Assembly: GCA_963792585.1 (NCBI GenBank) | Contig: CAWBWI010000003.1 | Location: 416,001 to 480,000 of the forward strand | Length of the DNA stretch: 64,000 nucleotides | From: Candidatus Eiseniibacteriota bacterium | GTDB taxonomy: Bacteria > Eisenbacteria > RBG-16-71-46 > CAIMUX01 > VGJL01 | Direction of reading: 5' to 3' | Program-made: the position numbers and the translations under genes | The notes under the pieces: generated by a model | What the model saw: only the letters and a program-made list of their open reading frames with translations | Told to the model about the DNA's origin: nothing | The model's database searches: none | In this document: in pieces, positions 37,768-47,994 of the stretch | Layout of the letters: every line of letters begins with the position of its first letter | Position numbering within the stretch: the first letter of the stretch is position 1

Positions 37768-38997
37768 ATGGATACGTTGCTCGAGCGCTTCCTTCGATAC
37801 GTCAAGGTCGACACCACCGCGGTCGAGGAGACGGATGCCTACCCCAGCTCTCCGGGGCAAATCGAACTCGGCAAGATGCTCGCCGAGGAGCTTCGCGCCT
37901 TGAAGCTCGATAGCGTCTCCGCGGACGCGAATGGCATCGTCATGGCGACCCTTCCCGGGAATGTCCCCGGCGCGCCGACGATCGCCTGGATCGCGCACAT
38001 GGACACCTCCCCAGAATCGAGCGGGGCCAATGTCAGACCGGTCATCCATCCCGGCTATGACGGAAAGGACCTGGTTCTCACGGGCGATCCGACGAAGGTC
38101 ATCCGCGTCACGGAGTCGGAGGGACTCGCCGACCTCGCGGGAAAGACATTGATCACGACCGACGGAACCACGCTCCTGGGCGCGGACGACAAGGCGGGGA
38201 TCGCCGTCATCATGACCGCGATGGCACAACTCGTTGCCGATCCGAAAGTCCCGCACGGGCCGATCCGAGTCGTCTTCACCTGTGACGAGGAAGTCGGTCG
38301 GGGCGTCGACAAGGTAACTCCTGCAATGATCGGCGCAGTGGTCGGTTACACATTCGACGGAGAGGTCGCCGGCGAGATCGAGAATGAAACATTCTCTGCG
38401 GACCTCGCGATCGTGACGGTCACAGGGCGCAATATCCATCCGGGCCTGGCCACAGGGAAGATGGTCAACGCGGTGAGGATCGCGGGAGAATTCCTGTCCC
38501 GTCTCCCGTGGCATCGTCTCGCCCCGGAGACGACCTCGGGGCGGGACGGCTTCCTTCATCCCTATGTGATCGAGGGCGGCGTCGGCGAGGTCAAGATCCG
38601 CATCCTCCTCCGCAGCTTCGTCACCGACGACTTGGCGATGCAGGCGCAGGTCCTCCGGGATATCGCGGCGACGCTGGCCGTGGAGCACCCGCGCGCCAAG
38701 ATCGACGTGAGCGTGAAGAGGCAGTACAGAAACATGGTCGAGGCGCTCCAGAAGGAACCGCGTGCGGCCGGCCTCGCCGCGGAGGCGGCCAGGAAGGCGG
38801 GGCTCACGCCGCGATTCGAGGCGATCCGCGGCGGGACGGACGGATCCCGCCTGAGCGAGATGGGTCTGCCGACGCCCAATCTCGGGGTCAGCATGCACAA
38901 TTTCCATTCACCCCTCGAGTACGCCTGCCTCGAGGAGATGGAGCAGTCGGTGCGGGTCCTCATCGAGCTGGCGCAGCTCTGGGCGAGGGAAGCGTAG
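37768..38997 (+). CDS. pepT: Peptidase T (M20B tripeptidase)
   Basis: LLERFLRYVKVDT, AHMDT, LLGADDKAG, DEEVGRG, IRGGTDGSRLS, NFHSPLEY. Confidence 0.95.
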   Translation: MDTLLERFLRYVKVDTTAVEETDAYPSSPGQIELGKMLAEELRALKLDSVSADANGIVMATLPGNVPGAPTIAWIAHMDTSPESSGANVRPVIHPGYDGKDLVLTGDPTKVIRVTESEGLADLAGKTLITTDGTTLLGADDKAGIAVIMTAMAQLVADPKVPHGPIRVVFTCDEEVGRGVDKVTPAMIGAVVGYTFDGEVAGEIENETFSADLAIVTVTGRNIHPGLATGKMVNAVRIAGEFLSRLPWHRLAPETTSGRDGFLHPYVIEGGVGEVKIRILLRSFVTDDLAMQAQVLRDIAATLAVEHPRAKIDVSVKRQYRNMVEALQKEPRAAGLAAEAARKAGLTPRFEAIRGGTDGSRLSEMGLPTPNLGVSMHNFHSPLEYACLEEMEQSVRVLIELAQLWAREA

Positions 38998-39000
38998 ACA

Positions 39001-39345
39001 TTGGACCGTCTCGTCTATTCCACCCGGGAGGGTAAGATCTGTCCCGGATGCGGGAAGCCCGTCGCCGCCTGCATGTGCGCGAAGAAGGGGGGCGCCCCGG
39101 CCGGTGACGGGATCGTTCGTGTGCGGCGCGAGGTCAAAGGCCGTGGAGGGAAGACGGTCACGGCGCTGATGGGGCTTCCCCTCGATGCCGACGCGCTCGC
39201 CGACCTCGCGACGGAGCTGAAGAGACGCTGCGGCACGGGGGGGACGGCCAAGGACGGAGTGATCCTGATCCAGGGTGACCATGTCGGTCTGCTGATCGAC
39301 GAGCTGGAGAAGCGCGGATATCGCGTCAGGCGTGCCGGGGGGTAG
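39001..39345 (+). CDS. yciH: SUI1/YciH translation factor
   Basis: RLVYST, CxxC...CxC, KGRGGKTVT, LKRRCGTGGT, IQGDH. Confidence 0.9.
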   Translation: MDRLVYSTREGKICPGCGKPVAACMCAKKGGAPAGDGIVRVRREVKGRGGKTVTALMGLPLDADALADLATELKRRCGTGGTAKDGVILIQGDHVGLLIDELEKRGYRVRRAGG

Positions 39346-40035
39346 GTGCGGATCCACTATTTCCAGCATGTGCCCTACGAGACCCTCGGTTCCATCGAAG
39401 GATGGGCGGGGACAGGCGGCCACGACCTCACATGTACCCGCTGGTTCGCGGATGAGATTCCACCAGGGCCGGAAGGCGTTGACCTGCTCATAGTCCTGGG
39501 CGGTCCGATGAGCGTCTACGACGAGGCGGAGCACCGATGGCTGGCCGCCGAGAAGCGGTTCATCGACCAGGCGATCGCCGCGCGCGTGAGGATCCTCGGG
39601 ATCTGCCTCGGCGCCCAGTTGCTGGCCGACCGTCTCGGCGCATCCGTCACGCGGATGGCGCACAAGGAGATCGGTTGGTTCCCGATCCGGAGAGCGGCAG
39701 GCGCGAGTCCGTTCGCAGGTCTGATTCCGGATGGCGCGTCTGTATTCCACTGGCATGGCGAGGCATTCGACGTTCCGCACGGGTCATTGCCCATCGCCGC
39801 GAGCGACGCCTGCGCGAACCAGGGTTTCTCCTTTGGCGACCGGATTCTCGCTCTGCAATTCCATCTCGAGATGACGCGTGAAGGCGCCGCCGACATCATC
39901 AATCACTCCGGCGGGGAACTCCGCGCGCGGCCGACGGTCCAGTCGGCCGGGACGATCCTCGCAGAGCCCGGTCGCTTCGAGGCGACCCATCCGATCATGG
40001 CCGCGCTGCTCGATCGCCTCGCGGCGATCGCCTGA
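39346..40035 (+). CDS. Type 1 glutamine amidotransferase
   Basis: QHVPYE, LGGPMS, GICLGAQ, HWHGE, QFHLE. Confidence 0.92.
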   Translation: MRIHYFQHVPYETLGSIEGWAGTGGHDLTCTRWFADEIPPGPEGVDLLIVLGGPMSVYDEAEHRWLAAEKRFIDQAIAARVRILGICLGAQLLADRLGASVTRMAHKEIGWFPIRRAAGASPFAGLIPDGASVFHWHGEAFDVPHGSLPIAASDACANQGFSFGDRILALQFHLEMTREGAADIINHSGGELRARPTVQSAGTILAEPGRFEATHPIMAALLDRLAAIA

Positions 40036-40056
40036 AAAGAGCGTACGGAGGCGCAC

Positions 40057-40605
40057 ATGAAAGAAGTTCGGCGCGTGGCGGAATTGATCGCGAGCGTGGA
40101 CCATGGCGATCCCTGGCATGGATCTTCGACGCGCGGCGTCCTCGAAGGAGTCACGGCGAGGGATGCCGCGGAGCGGCCGATCCCGAACGCCCACACGATC
40201 TGGGAGATCGTCCTTCACATGACGGCGTGGACCCGGGAAGTCCGCAGGCGCGCCATCGGCGGCGCGCCCGGGATGCCGGAGGAGGGGGACTGGCCCGAGG
40301 CGCCCGGATCGTCGGGTCCCGCAGGATCGGACGGCGCGACCCCGAGGCAGGGTCCAACCCCAGCCCCAAACGAGGGAGCCTGGGCGAGCTGTATCGCCGA
40401 CCTCGCCGCCGCCCACGCCGCCCTCGTTGCCGCCCTCGAGGGCTTCCCGGGAACCAAGCTGGACGAGATTGTCGGGCTCAGGCGGGATCTAGCCACCGGC
40501 ACCGGAACGAGTTACGGGGCGATGTTGTACGGGGTCGTGCTCCATGACGCCTATCACAGCGGCCAGATCGCCTTGCTCAAGAAGGCGATCGCGCAGCGCG
40601 CATGA
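40057..40605 (+). CDS. DinB family protein
   Basis: WHG, HTIWEIVLHM, HDAYHSGQI. Confidence 0.88.
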   Translation: MKEVRRVAELIASVDHGDPWHGSSTRGVLEGVTARDAAERPIPNAHTIWEIVLHMTAWTREVRRRAIGGAPGMPEEGDWPEAPGSSGPAGSDGATPRQGPTPAPNEGAWASCIADLAAAHAALVAALEGFPGTKLDEIVGLRRDLATGTGTSYGAMLYGVVLHDAYHSGQIALLKKAIAQRA

Positions 40606-41339
40606 CCTCGTCCGACTGGAGCTCCTTCCCGACGGGCGGATCCCACCCCGATCCCTTTGAACGGGGAGAGGCGGATCCGCGTCCTACTCCCCGAACGGAC
40701 ACGCCAAGTTCGGGAGGAGGGTGGTTGAAGTCGCTCACGGACGCACAACTGGTTGCCATGACGCAAGAAGGCAACATGGGTGCGTTCAACAGCCTCGCGG
40801 CCCGCTGGGAAACGAGCCTCTACCGCTTCGTCCACCGCTTGATGGGCGACCAGGAAGAGGCGCGGGATGTTTGCCAGGAGGCGCTCCTCAAGTCGTACCT
40901 GAACATCGCCAAGTTGCGCGAAGGTGAGAAGTTCAAGGCTTGGGTCCACCACATCGCCCTGAATCTCTGCAGGGATCGGTTCCGTTCTTCGCGTTCCCGC
41001 GCCGAGGTTCGCTCCTATGAGGAGGAGGGCCTGGACGAACGGCGCCTGGCCCTGGAGACGGCGGCGGGCACCTCGCCCCGTCGTCATGCCGAACGCGCCG
41101 GCCTGATGGCCGTCCTCGAGCAAGTCTTCGCCTGCATCCCGGTCGAGCAACGCTCGGCCATCCTGCTTCGCGAGTACCACGGATTCACGACGGAGGAGAT
41201 CGGCGAGATCACCGGAGTGCCCGCCGCAACGGTTCGGACCCGGATCTTCTACGGACTTCGCGCCGTGAGAAAACTGCTCCGAGAGCGGGGGATCGAGACT
41301 CCGCAGTCTGCCTCGATGGAAGGAGGCGCATCCCGATGA
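40602..41339 (+). CDS. ECF RNA polymerase sigma factor
   Basis: DVCQEALLK...FKAWVHHIALNLCRD; LREYHGFTTEEIGEITGVPAATVRTRI. The true start may be downstream. Confidence 0.92.
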   Translation: MTSSDWSSFPTGGSHPDPFERGEADPRPTPRTDTPSSGGGWLKSLTDAQLVAMTQEGNMGAFNSLAARWETSLYRFVHRLMGDQEEARDVCQEALLKSYLNIAKLREGEKFKAWVHHIALNLCRDRFRSSRSRAEVRSYEEEGLDERRLALETAAGTSPRRHAERAGLMAVLEQVFACIPVEQRSAILLREYHGFTTEEIGEITGVPAATVRTRIFYGLRAVRKLLRERGIETPQSASMEGGASR

Positions 41340-42184
41340 AGAATGAATCGATCGATCCGCGTATCGAAAGGCTCGTCGCCCTGCTGTATGGCGAACTTCC
41401 GGAGACGGAAGCCCAGGCGTTGCGCAAGGAGATCGAGGGGGACCCCGCACTGCGGGCCGAATGGGAGGAGCTGACCGGCGCCCGTTCGTTCCTCGGCGCA
41501 TGGGAGGTGCCCGAGGAGTCCCCCGGCTTTGTTTTCGTGAACGAGCCGGCGAGCGCCCCGCGTCGCCGGGCCGGCTTTCGGGAGCGCCTTCGCGGGCTCG
41601 TACCCGCCTGGTCCTATGGACTCGCAGCGGCGGCGGTGGCCGTTCTCGTTCTGGCGATCGGTGGATTCCGGGTCGAGAAGATGGACAACGGGATCGCGTT
41701 CCGCATGGGTTCCGAGAAGGCCAAGACCCCGGCGATCGCGGAAAACCTCCGGGCCGACGGCGGGACCGGCGTGCCCCTCACCAGCCCGCCCGTTCAGGCG
41801 GTATCGACCGAGCCGGTCTCGTCCAATCCGGCCACGACGCTCCAGGGGATGGAGACGGCGACCCCGTATCTGACCAAGCAGGAATTCCAGGCCTACGCGG
41901 CGGGGATGACCCAGACCATGGTCGCCCTCCTGAACGAGTACGGCCGCGAACGCGATCAGGAGGTCGGATCCGCCCTTCAGGTCGTTCTCAGGAACATTTC
42001 GGAGAAGCAGACGGAAGACTATCGCGATCTGCGCGGCCGACTCGACGCCTTTGCGAGCGGTCTATCGGAAGAGCAGATGACAACGAGAGCACAGCTCGGC
42101 TATCTGCTCGAGCAAACCCGCTCGACGTCGCCCGGATCGGTTCATCCGTCGCCCGCGATCGAGACGAAAGGAGACCAACAATGA
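41336..42184 (+). CDS. Transmembrane anti-sigma factor
   Basis: LVALLYGEL N-terminal anti-sigma helix, one TM helix and a coiled-coil C-terminus. ATGA overlap with the sigma gene. Confidence 0.8.
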   Translation: MKNESIDPRIERLVALLYGELPETEAQALRKEIEGDPALRAEWEELTGARSFLGAWEVPEESPGFVFVNEPASAPRRRAGFRERLRGLVPAWSYGLAAAAVAVLVLAIGGFRVEKMDNGIAFRMGSEKAKTPAIAENLRADGGTGVPLTSPPVQAVSTEPVSSNPATTLQGMETATPYLTKQEFQAYAAGMTQTMVALLNEYGRERDQEVGSALQVVLRNISEKQTEDYRDLRGRLDAFASGLSEEQMTTRAQLGYLLEQTRSTSPGSVHPSPAIETKGDQQ

Positions 42185-42942
42185 ACCAGGAAACCAACAT
42201 CGTTGCGCCGTGGAAGCGGCACCTTCTGACCGCCCTGGTGATCGTCGTGACCCTCGTCGGATTCGCCGGGCTCGCGTTCTCCGCTCCTCCCGAGGGATCG
42301 GTGAAGATCATGCGCCAGGTTCGCATCATGGAGGGGATCGTCGACAAGGTCCTGCTCGACAGCCCCAATTTCCTCGTCCATTCGGGGGGGAACACGCATG
42401 GGCTGTACATTCCGGAGTATGGAGCGATCTTCACATTCGAGGCCTCTCTGACTTCAGGAATGTTCGGAATCGGCAAGCTCGACATCAAGATCCCGCAGTT
42501 CGAGATCCAGACCGACGAGAACGGCGACAAGACGATCGTCATGAAGAACATGGAGAAGTCCAAGCAGTATACAAAATCGAAGAATGGAAAGGACTCCGCC
42601 CCGGAAGCGTCGGCCGACACGGACCCGCCGGAGCCTCCGGACACGCCCGAACCACCGACCGCCGTGAGTTCTTCCGGCGACGAGAAGGACAGCGCGGAAC
42701 TGTATCAGAAGGGAAAGGGCGAGCTGATTCAAGCGCTGCTCGATTACGGCGAGACGCTCACCCAGCTGAAGTCGGGACAGTGGATCGTGATCGCGGCATT
42801 CCTTCAGAACGACAGCTACTTCGAGAAGAACAAACTCTCACGTCTGGTCGTGAAGGCGAAGATCGACGATCTGCGGGGATTCTCGGACGGGAGTATCGAG
42901 GAGAAGGCGATGCGTTCGAAGATCCAGGTGGAAGAATACTAG
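42181..42942 (+). CDS. Hypothetical exported protein co-transcribed with the sigma/anti-sigma pair
   Basis: RBS AAGGAG, ATGA overlap and signal peptide. GLYIPEYGAIF, LLDYG. Confidence 0.8.
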   Translation: MNQETNIVAPWKRHLLTALVIVVTLVGFAGLAFSAPPEGSVKIMRQVRIMEGIVDKVLLDSPNFLVHSGGNTHGLYIPEYGAIFTFEASLTSGMFGIGKLDIKIPQFEIQTDENGDKTIVMKNMEKSKQYTKSKNGKDSAPEASADTDPPEPPDTPEPPTAVSSSGDEKDSAELYQKGKGELIQALLDYGETLTQLKSGQWIVIAAFLQNDSYFEKNKLSRLVVKAKIDDLRGFSDGSIEEKAMRSKIQVEEY

Positions 42943-42964
42943 AAGTTCGGGTTGGGAAGAAGGA

Positions 42965-43000
42965 GCGCGGCCGGGGAGGAGTGAACCCCCGGCCGCGTTT
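42965..43000 (+). terminator. Intrinsic terminator
   Basis: GCGCGGCCGGGG...CCCCGGCCGCGT followed by TT, between convergent genes. Confidence 0.65.
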
Positions 43001-43018
43001 CGCTGCCCCCGCCGGTGG

Positions 43019-43300
43019 TCAGCCGTCCATCCCGATCGAGAACATCCGCTCGAGGTCGTATCGCGAGTAGGCGCGGAAGGCGATCAGCGTCTCGGTCGAC
43101 GCGACGCCCGGGACCTTGGAGAGGTTGGTCGTGATCAGGTCTGCGAGATCCTCGTTACGCTTCACGCGGACGATGGCGACCAGGTCCCACTCGCCGGCGA
43201 CCGAGTAGACCTCGGCGACACCATCGAGCCGGGCCAGGCCCTCGGCCGCGTCGGTCACGGTGCCGGGTTCGGTGTGGAGCAGGACGATTGCGGTGACCAT
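43019..43300 (-). CDS. Lrp/AsnC ligand-binding domain protein
   Basis: EVYSVAGEWDLVAIV...PGVASTETLIAF. Confidence 0.88.
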   Translation of the reverse strand: MVTAIVLLHTEPGTVTDAAEGLARLDGVAEVYSVAGEWDLVAIVRVKRNEDLADLITTNLSKVPGVASTETLIAFRAYSRYDLERMFSIGMDG

Positions 43301-43321
43301 GAACTGCCTCCTTGGGAAAGG

Positions 43322-44077
43322 TTAGACGAGGACGGCCCCGCCGTTCACATTCAGGATGGCGCCCGTGATGTGGCGGGCGAGCGAAGAGCAAAGGAACACG
43401 ACCGGGCCCGCGACGTCCTCCGGTTCTCCGGGGTGGCCGAGCGGGATCGGCTCCTTCAACGATTCCTCGATCCGATCGGGGGAGAGATCTTCCGCCGTCA
43501 TGTCGGTCCGGATCCATCCGGGGGAGACTGCGTTCACGCGGATCCCGAAGGAGGCCAGTTCGAGGGCGAGGGACTTCGTCATCGCGATCATCCCGCCCTT
43601 CGACGCGGAGTAATGGGAGTAGCCCGCCTCGCCCCTCTGTCCCGAGGTGGATGCGATATTGACGATGCTCCCGCCCCCGCGCTGCTTCATCGCCGGGACG
43701 GCGACGCGGCAGGTGTTGAAGATCCCCGTCAGGTTGACGCCGATCATCCGCGCCCAGTCGGCGTCGGTCATCGTGTCGATCGGTCCCGCCGTCCAGATTC
43801 CGGCGTTGTTGATGAGAAAGTCGAGGCCGCCCAGCTCCTCGACGACGCGGCGGACCATCACCTCCACGGTGAATGGGTTCATCACGTCGGCGCCGACTGG
43901 AAGGGCGCGACGTCCCATCGATTCGATCTCGGTCGCGACCGCCTGGGCGCGATCGGCGCGCATCCGGTAGTTCACGGCCACGTCGCACCCCGCGCGGGCG
44001 AGTAGACGGCAACATGCCGCGCCGATCCCGCGGGAGCCTCCGGTGACCAGGGCGATTCTGCCTTCGAGCGAGATCAA
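43322..44077 (-). CDS. SDR oxidoreductase (FabG-like)
   Basis: TGGSRGIG, NNAG, YSASK, VNAVSPG. Confidence 0.93.
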   Translation of the reverse strand: MISLEGRIALVTGGSRGIGAACCRLLARAGCDVAVNYRMRADRAQAVATEIESMGRRALPVGADVMNPFTVEVMVRRVVEELGGLDFLINNAGIWTAGPIDTMTDADWARMIGVNLTGIFNTCRVAVPAMKQRGGGSIVNIASTSGQRGEAGYSHYSASKGGMIAMTKSLALELASFGIRVNAVSPGWIRTDMTAEDLSPDRIEESLKEPIPLGHPGEPEDVAGPVVFLCSSLARHITGAILNVNGGAVLV

Positions 44078-44086
44078 GCGTCCTCC

Positions 44087-45127
44087 TCAGATGGCGTGTG
44101 ACTGGATGGCGGAAGCGAGGAGCAGCCGCTCCCGCTCGTAGAGCCTTCGCAGGGCGGCGTTCGAGAGACATGCCCCAAGGGCTTCCCGCGTCAGGGTGCG
44201 AACCTCATCGCGGCCGATCCTCACCCGCCGCTCCAGGACCTCTTCGTTGGAAGCGATCCGTGCGAGGGTTCGCATCGCAAGGAGCAGAGGCCAGAGGCAG
44301 AACAGCCGGATCCGCGGTGCCCTCCGCGGGAGAAGAAGTACGAACTCGAATCCGTCGTCGAGATTGCGGGCGGCGCGCTCGACCATCTCGATGACCGCCC
44401 CCATCGCGGCGTCGCGCTCATCGGGGTCTCCCAGGCCGCGAGTCCGCGTGCCGTGCCGCTGCGCGACCTCTTCGGGGAGGTACGACCAGCCCCGCGCGCG
44501 ATCGTCGGCCAGATCCTGGATGATGTTCGTCCCCTGCAGACCGAGTCCGAAGGAGACGGCGAGTCGCTTCTGTCGCTCGTCCACGCCGTGCCTACCCAGG
44601 TGGATCGAGATCAGCTCGTGGAGGAGGCAGCCGACCGTCCCCGCGACGTAGTACTCGTACGCATCGAGGTCCTCGAGCGTGCCCAACGCCGTCCAGTCGC
44701 GGACTTCCTCCTCGAGCAGGACGAAGCGGGCCATTCCCAGCGTCAACTCCCGCGACCATCGAACCACCGGCTCGGCGATCCGATCCTCGGTCGCCCGAAG
44801 GAGCCGGATCAGACTCGGAAGGCCAGCGATCAGCCGGACCTCCGGCGAATCGCGATCCAGAACCATCGCGATCTCGTCGGCGAGCGGCTCGCCGGAATCG
44901 GCGGGGTCGCCGAGCAACCCGGCGAAGCGCACGAGCCATCGGTGACGCATTCTCGGGAGGATTCCCGAGGCGTCCTCGATCGTATCGGCCACGCGGCAGA
45001 GCAGATAGGAGAGGCGGACAGGGTCCGCGAGCGGATCCGGCAGAACATCGATCGCGGGGGCGAAGGTCCGGGAGACGAGGGGGAGCATCGTCCGTGCGAA
45101 ATCGAGATCCTCGGCGCGGGCGATCAC
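44087..45127 (-). CDS. Squalene/phytoene synthase family protein (squalene synthase-like)
   Basis: VSRTFA, YLLCRVADTIED, YYVAGTVG, GLGLQGTNIIQDLADD, YLP. Confidence 0.88.
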   Translation of the reverse strand: MIARAEDLDFARTMLPLVSRTFAPAIDVLPDPLADPVRLSYLLCRVADTIEDASGILPRMRHRWLVRFAGLLGDPADSGEPLADEIAMVLDRDSPEVRLIAGLPSLIRLLRATEDRIAEPVVRWSRELTLGMARFVLLEEEVRDWTALGTLEDLDAYEYYVAGTVGCLLHELISIHLGRHGVDERQKRLAVSFGLGLQGTNIIQDLADDRARGWSYLPEEVAQRHGTRTRGLGDPDERDAAMGAVIEMVERAARNLDDGFEFVLLLPRRAPRIRLFCLWPLLLAMRTLARIASNEEVLERRVRIGRDEVRTLTREALGACLSNAALRRLYERERLLLASAIQSHAI

Positions 45128-45723
45128 GGCGCCTCCACCCCGACCGGCGGGATCTCCCATCCGGCGTCCCTCAGAAGGCGGCATACGGAGATCAGGGGCA
45201 GCCCCTCGATCGCCGTGGGATCATCGCACCGCATCGAATCGAACAGGGCGATGCCGAGCGATTCGGTCTTGTAGGAGCCCGCGCAGTCGAGCGGGGTGTC
45301 GAGGCGGACGTATGCGTCGATCTGGTCGGGGCGAAGCGGGCGCACGCGCAGGCGCGCCACGACGAGCTGCTCTCTCTCGGACCCGTCCGGCACACGCAGG
45401 ACCACGCAGGTGTGGAGGGTGTGTTCGCGCCCGGCCAGCCATGCCAACTGTTCGCGGGCAGTCTCCGGGGTCCCCGGCTTCTCGAGGATCCGGCCCGCGC
45501 ACCAGCCGACCTGATCGCTCGCCAGGATCGCCGCCTCGGGCCGGATCGCGGCCGCAGCCCGCACCTTTCCGAAGGTGTTGGCGCGCACCGTGCCGTCCGG
45601 ATCGCCGAGCCGGACCTCTTCCCACGCCGGGGCCAGCGTCTCGAACGGCACCCGAAGACGCTCGAGCAGCGCCCGCCGGTAGCGAGACGTCGAGGCAAGG
45701 ATCAGACGGGGAAGTCGCAACAT
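45124..45723 (-). CDS. maf: Maf family nucleotide pyrophosphatase
   Basis: LILASTSRYRR, ASDQV, EKP, CAGSYK, IEGLPL. Confidence 0.92.
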   Translation of the reverse strand: MLRLPRLILASTSRYRRALLERLRVPFETLAPAWEEVRLGDPDGTVRANTFGKVRAAAAIRPEAAILASDQVGWCAGRILEKPGTPETAREQLAWLAGREHTLHTCVVLRVPDGSEREQLVVARLRVRPLRPDQIDAYVRLDTPLDCAGSYKTESLGIALFDSMRCDDPTAIEGLPLISVCRLLRDAGWEIPPVGVEAP

Positions 45724-45861
45724 CCGGAGCCAAGTCTAGTCGATCCGCTCGGCGGTTGCGACCTGGGGGGTGGGGGCCTTACCATCCCGGCGAGAGTCCC
45801 CCCAGGCTCCCGCCCGACTTCATGGGCCTCGCGGCCCCCGCACAAGAAGGAGATGCCGGCG

Positions 45862-47463
45862 ATGAACATCTCGCTGAAGAAGCCAGCGAACCAATCCGTG
45901 ACGCCTTACACGACCGATGACGCCCAGTGGAAGACGTTCCAGGAGGCCGCGTCGCGCACCCCGAGGGGCTTCGATGTCCCGATGATCATCGACGGCCGGG
46001 AGGTCCGATCATCGGAACGAACCGAGTCGATCGATCCGACCACGGGGGAGGTCTTCTGCACGGCGCAGAAGGCGACGGCGGACCACGCGAAGGCCGCGGT
46101 CGAAGCCGCCCTTCGGGCGAAGGAATCCTGGGCCGCGGTGCCCCCCGAAAACCGGATGCAGAAGTTCCGGGACCTCGAGCAGCTCCTCTTCGAGCGCCGC
46201 CACGAAATCTGCGCCGTCGCGGCCATCGAGTGCGGCTATACCGCTCCCGAGTGCGCGGGAAGCTGGGCCGAGATGATGGACTTCATCCGCTTCAACCCCT
46301 GGTTCTACCTCCAGTTGATGCGGACCGACATGGGGGACGGCGACCGGGAAACCAACCTGATGACGTTGCGCGCGCTCAAGGGATTCACCTGCGCGATCAC
46401 CCCGTTCAACTTCCCCGTAGCGATCGGCTACAACCTCCCCACGGTGATGGCCCTTTGTGGGAACACGGTCGTTTGGAAGCCGTCGAGCGACGCCCCAATG
46501 ACCTCGTGGATGCTGATGCGGGCGATCCAGGATGCTGGTTTCCCGCCGGGCGTCTTCAACATGATCACCGGCCCCGGCTCCGTTGTGATGCCTCCCGTCC
46601 TGAAGCATCCCGAACTGATGTGCGTCAACTTCACCGGTGGGTACGACACGGCCCGCTCGATCGCCTACGAGCTCTTCCGGCCCGACACGCCGCGTCCCCA
46701 CTTCCCGCGCTTCGTCGCCGAGACGGGGGGGAAGGACTTTCTCTACGCGGACAAGAGCTGCGATGCATGGGATGTGGCGGCCTGCATCATCGCGGGCGCC
46801 TTTGGCCGTACCGGTCAGAAGTGCTCGGCGAACAGCCTCGTCTTGGTGGACAAGAGGGCCTGGCCGGACATTCGCTCGGCGCTGCTCGAGCAGATGGCCG
46901 GATTCAAGACCGGCAATCCGCTCGAGAAGACGACCCACATGGGACCCGTGATCAACCGGGGCGCATACGAGAGCATTACAGGCTTCATCAAGCGGGCGAA
47001 GGCCAACCCCAAGGCGAAGCTCGTGCTGGGCGGCGAGTTCTCCGAGGAGAAGGGCCTGTTCGTCCAGCCGACCTTCTTCGAGGTCGATGCCGACCAGGAC
47101 GAGCTGATCAACGTCGAGATCTTCGGACCGGTGGTCGCGATTCGGGTCTGTGAGGACGTCGAGCACGCGATTCGGATCATCCGGAGCAACGCCTATCGTC
47201 TGACCGGGGCGGTCTGGTCGAGCGATGAGTCGTTCCTGGCGCGCTGGGTCCCGGTCCTCGCGGAATATGCCGGCAACTTCTACGTCAACCGGAAGACCAC
47301 CGGGGCGATCGTCGATCAACAGCCCTTCGGCGGGGATGGCGCCAGCGGGACGAATTACAAAGCCGGGGGGATCTGGTACTTGCTCCAGTTCATCTCGCAG
47401 GGCTCGACCACCCGCCGTCACTTCCGGACGGCCAAGCGACCCGGAATCTGGAACTGGATGTAA
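45862..47463 (+). CDS. Delta-1-pyrroline-5-carboxylate dehydrogenase (aldehyde dehydrogenase family)
   Basis: PFNF, WKPS, NFTG, AETGGKDF, GQKCSA, EIFGPV, GNFYVNRKTTGAIVDQQPFGG. Confidence 0.9.
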   Translation: MNISLKKPANQSVTPYTTDDAQWKTFQEAASRTPRGFDVPMIIDGREVRSSERTESIDPTTGEVFCTAQKATADHAKAAVEAALRAKESWAAVPPENRMQKFRDLEQLLFERRHEICAVAAIECGYTAPECAGSWAEMMDFIRFNPWFYLQLMRTDMGDGDRETNLMTLRALKGFTCAITPFNFPVAIGYNLPTVMALCGNTVVWKPSSDAPMTSWMLMRAIQDAGFPPGVFNMITGPGSVVMPPVLKHPELMCVNFTGGYDTARSIAYELFRPDTPRPHFPRFVAETGGKDFLYADKSCDAWDVAACIIAGAFGRTGQKCSANSLVLVDKRAWPDIRSALLEQMAGFKTGNPLEKTTHMGPVINRGAYESITGFIKRAKANPKAKLVLGGEFSEEKGLFVQPTFFEVDADQDELINVEIFGPVVAIRVCEDVEHAIRIIRSNAYRLTGAVWSSDESFLARWVPVLAEYAGNFYVNRKTTGAIVDQQPFGGDGASGTNYKAGGIWYLLQFISQGSTTRRHFRTAKRPGIWNWM

Positions 47464-47666
47464 AAGAATAAGTTAGAAGGGCGACTCCACCCAATGCGGC
47501 GGGGTCGCCACATTTATGCGCGGCGCCAAATCCGCCCCACAACTCCTTACGTTGTGAATTAGGCTTTGTGATGTATACTCTTTACACGTTGCATGGCCGC
47601 TGCAGCGGATCCCGATCATTGGCAATTGAATCAGACTGAAACACTGTTTTCTTCGAGGAGGTTGCA

Positions 47667-47969
47667 ATGCGCAAGTGGTTCCGCAGCGTCGCAGCGACCG
47701 TCGCCCTATGTGCGTTGGTCGCCGTCGCAACCAGTGCTCTGGCCGCAACCTCTGTCGACCTGAAGCTCGTGAACAACGGGCAGCCGGTTGGCGGGGCGCA
47801 GATTGAAATCCTGGGATCGGCCGGTATGACCGAGTCCACCACCGACGCGAATGGGATGGCCCACTTCGAGTTCAGTGGCAAGTACTTCCGTGTCCACTAC
47901 AACGGTCAGATCCTGAACGCCGTCTACCAGGCGGGCCAGGGCCTCGTTGTCGTCGACATCAACAACTAA
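47667..47969 (+). CDS. Small secreted Ig/prealbumin-like protein
   Basis: RBS GAGGAGG, signal peptide and GQPVGGAQI...TTDANGMAHF. Confidence 0.8.
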   Translation: MRKWFRSVAATVALCALVAVATSALAATSVDLKLVNNGQPVGGAQIEILGSAGMTESTTDANGMAHFEFSGKYFRVHYNGQILNAVYQAGQGLVVVDINN

Positions 47970-47994
47970 CCGCAACAGAGGGAGACTGATAACC

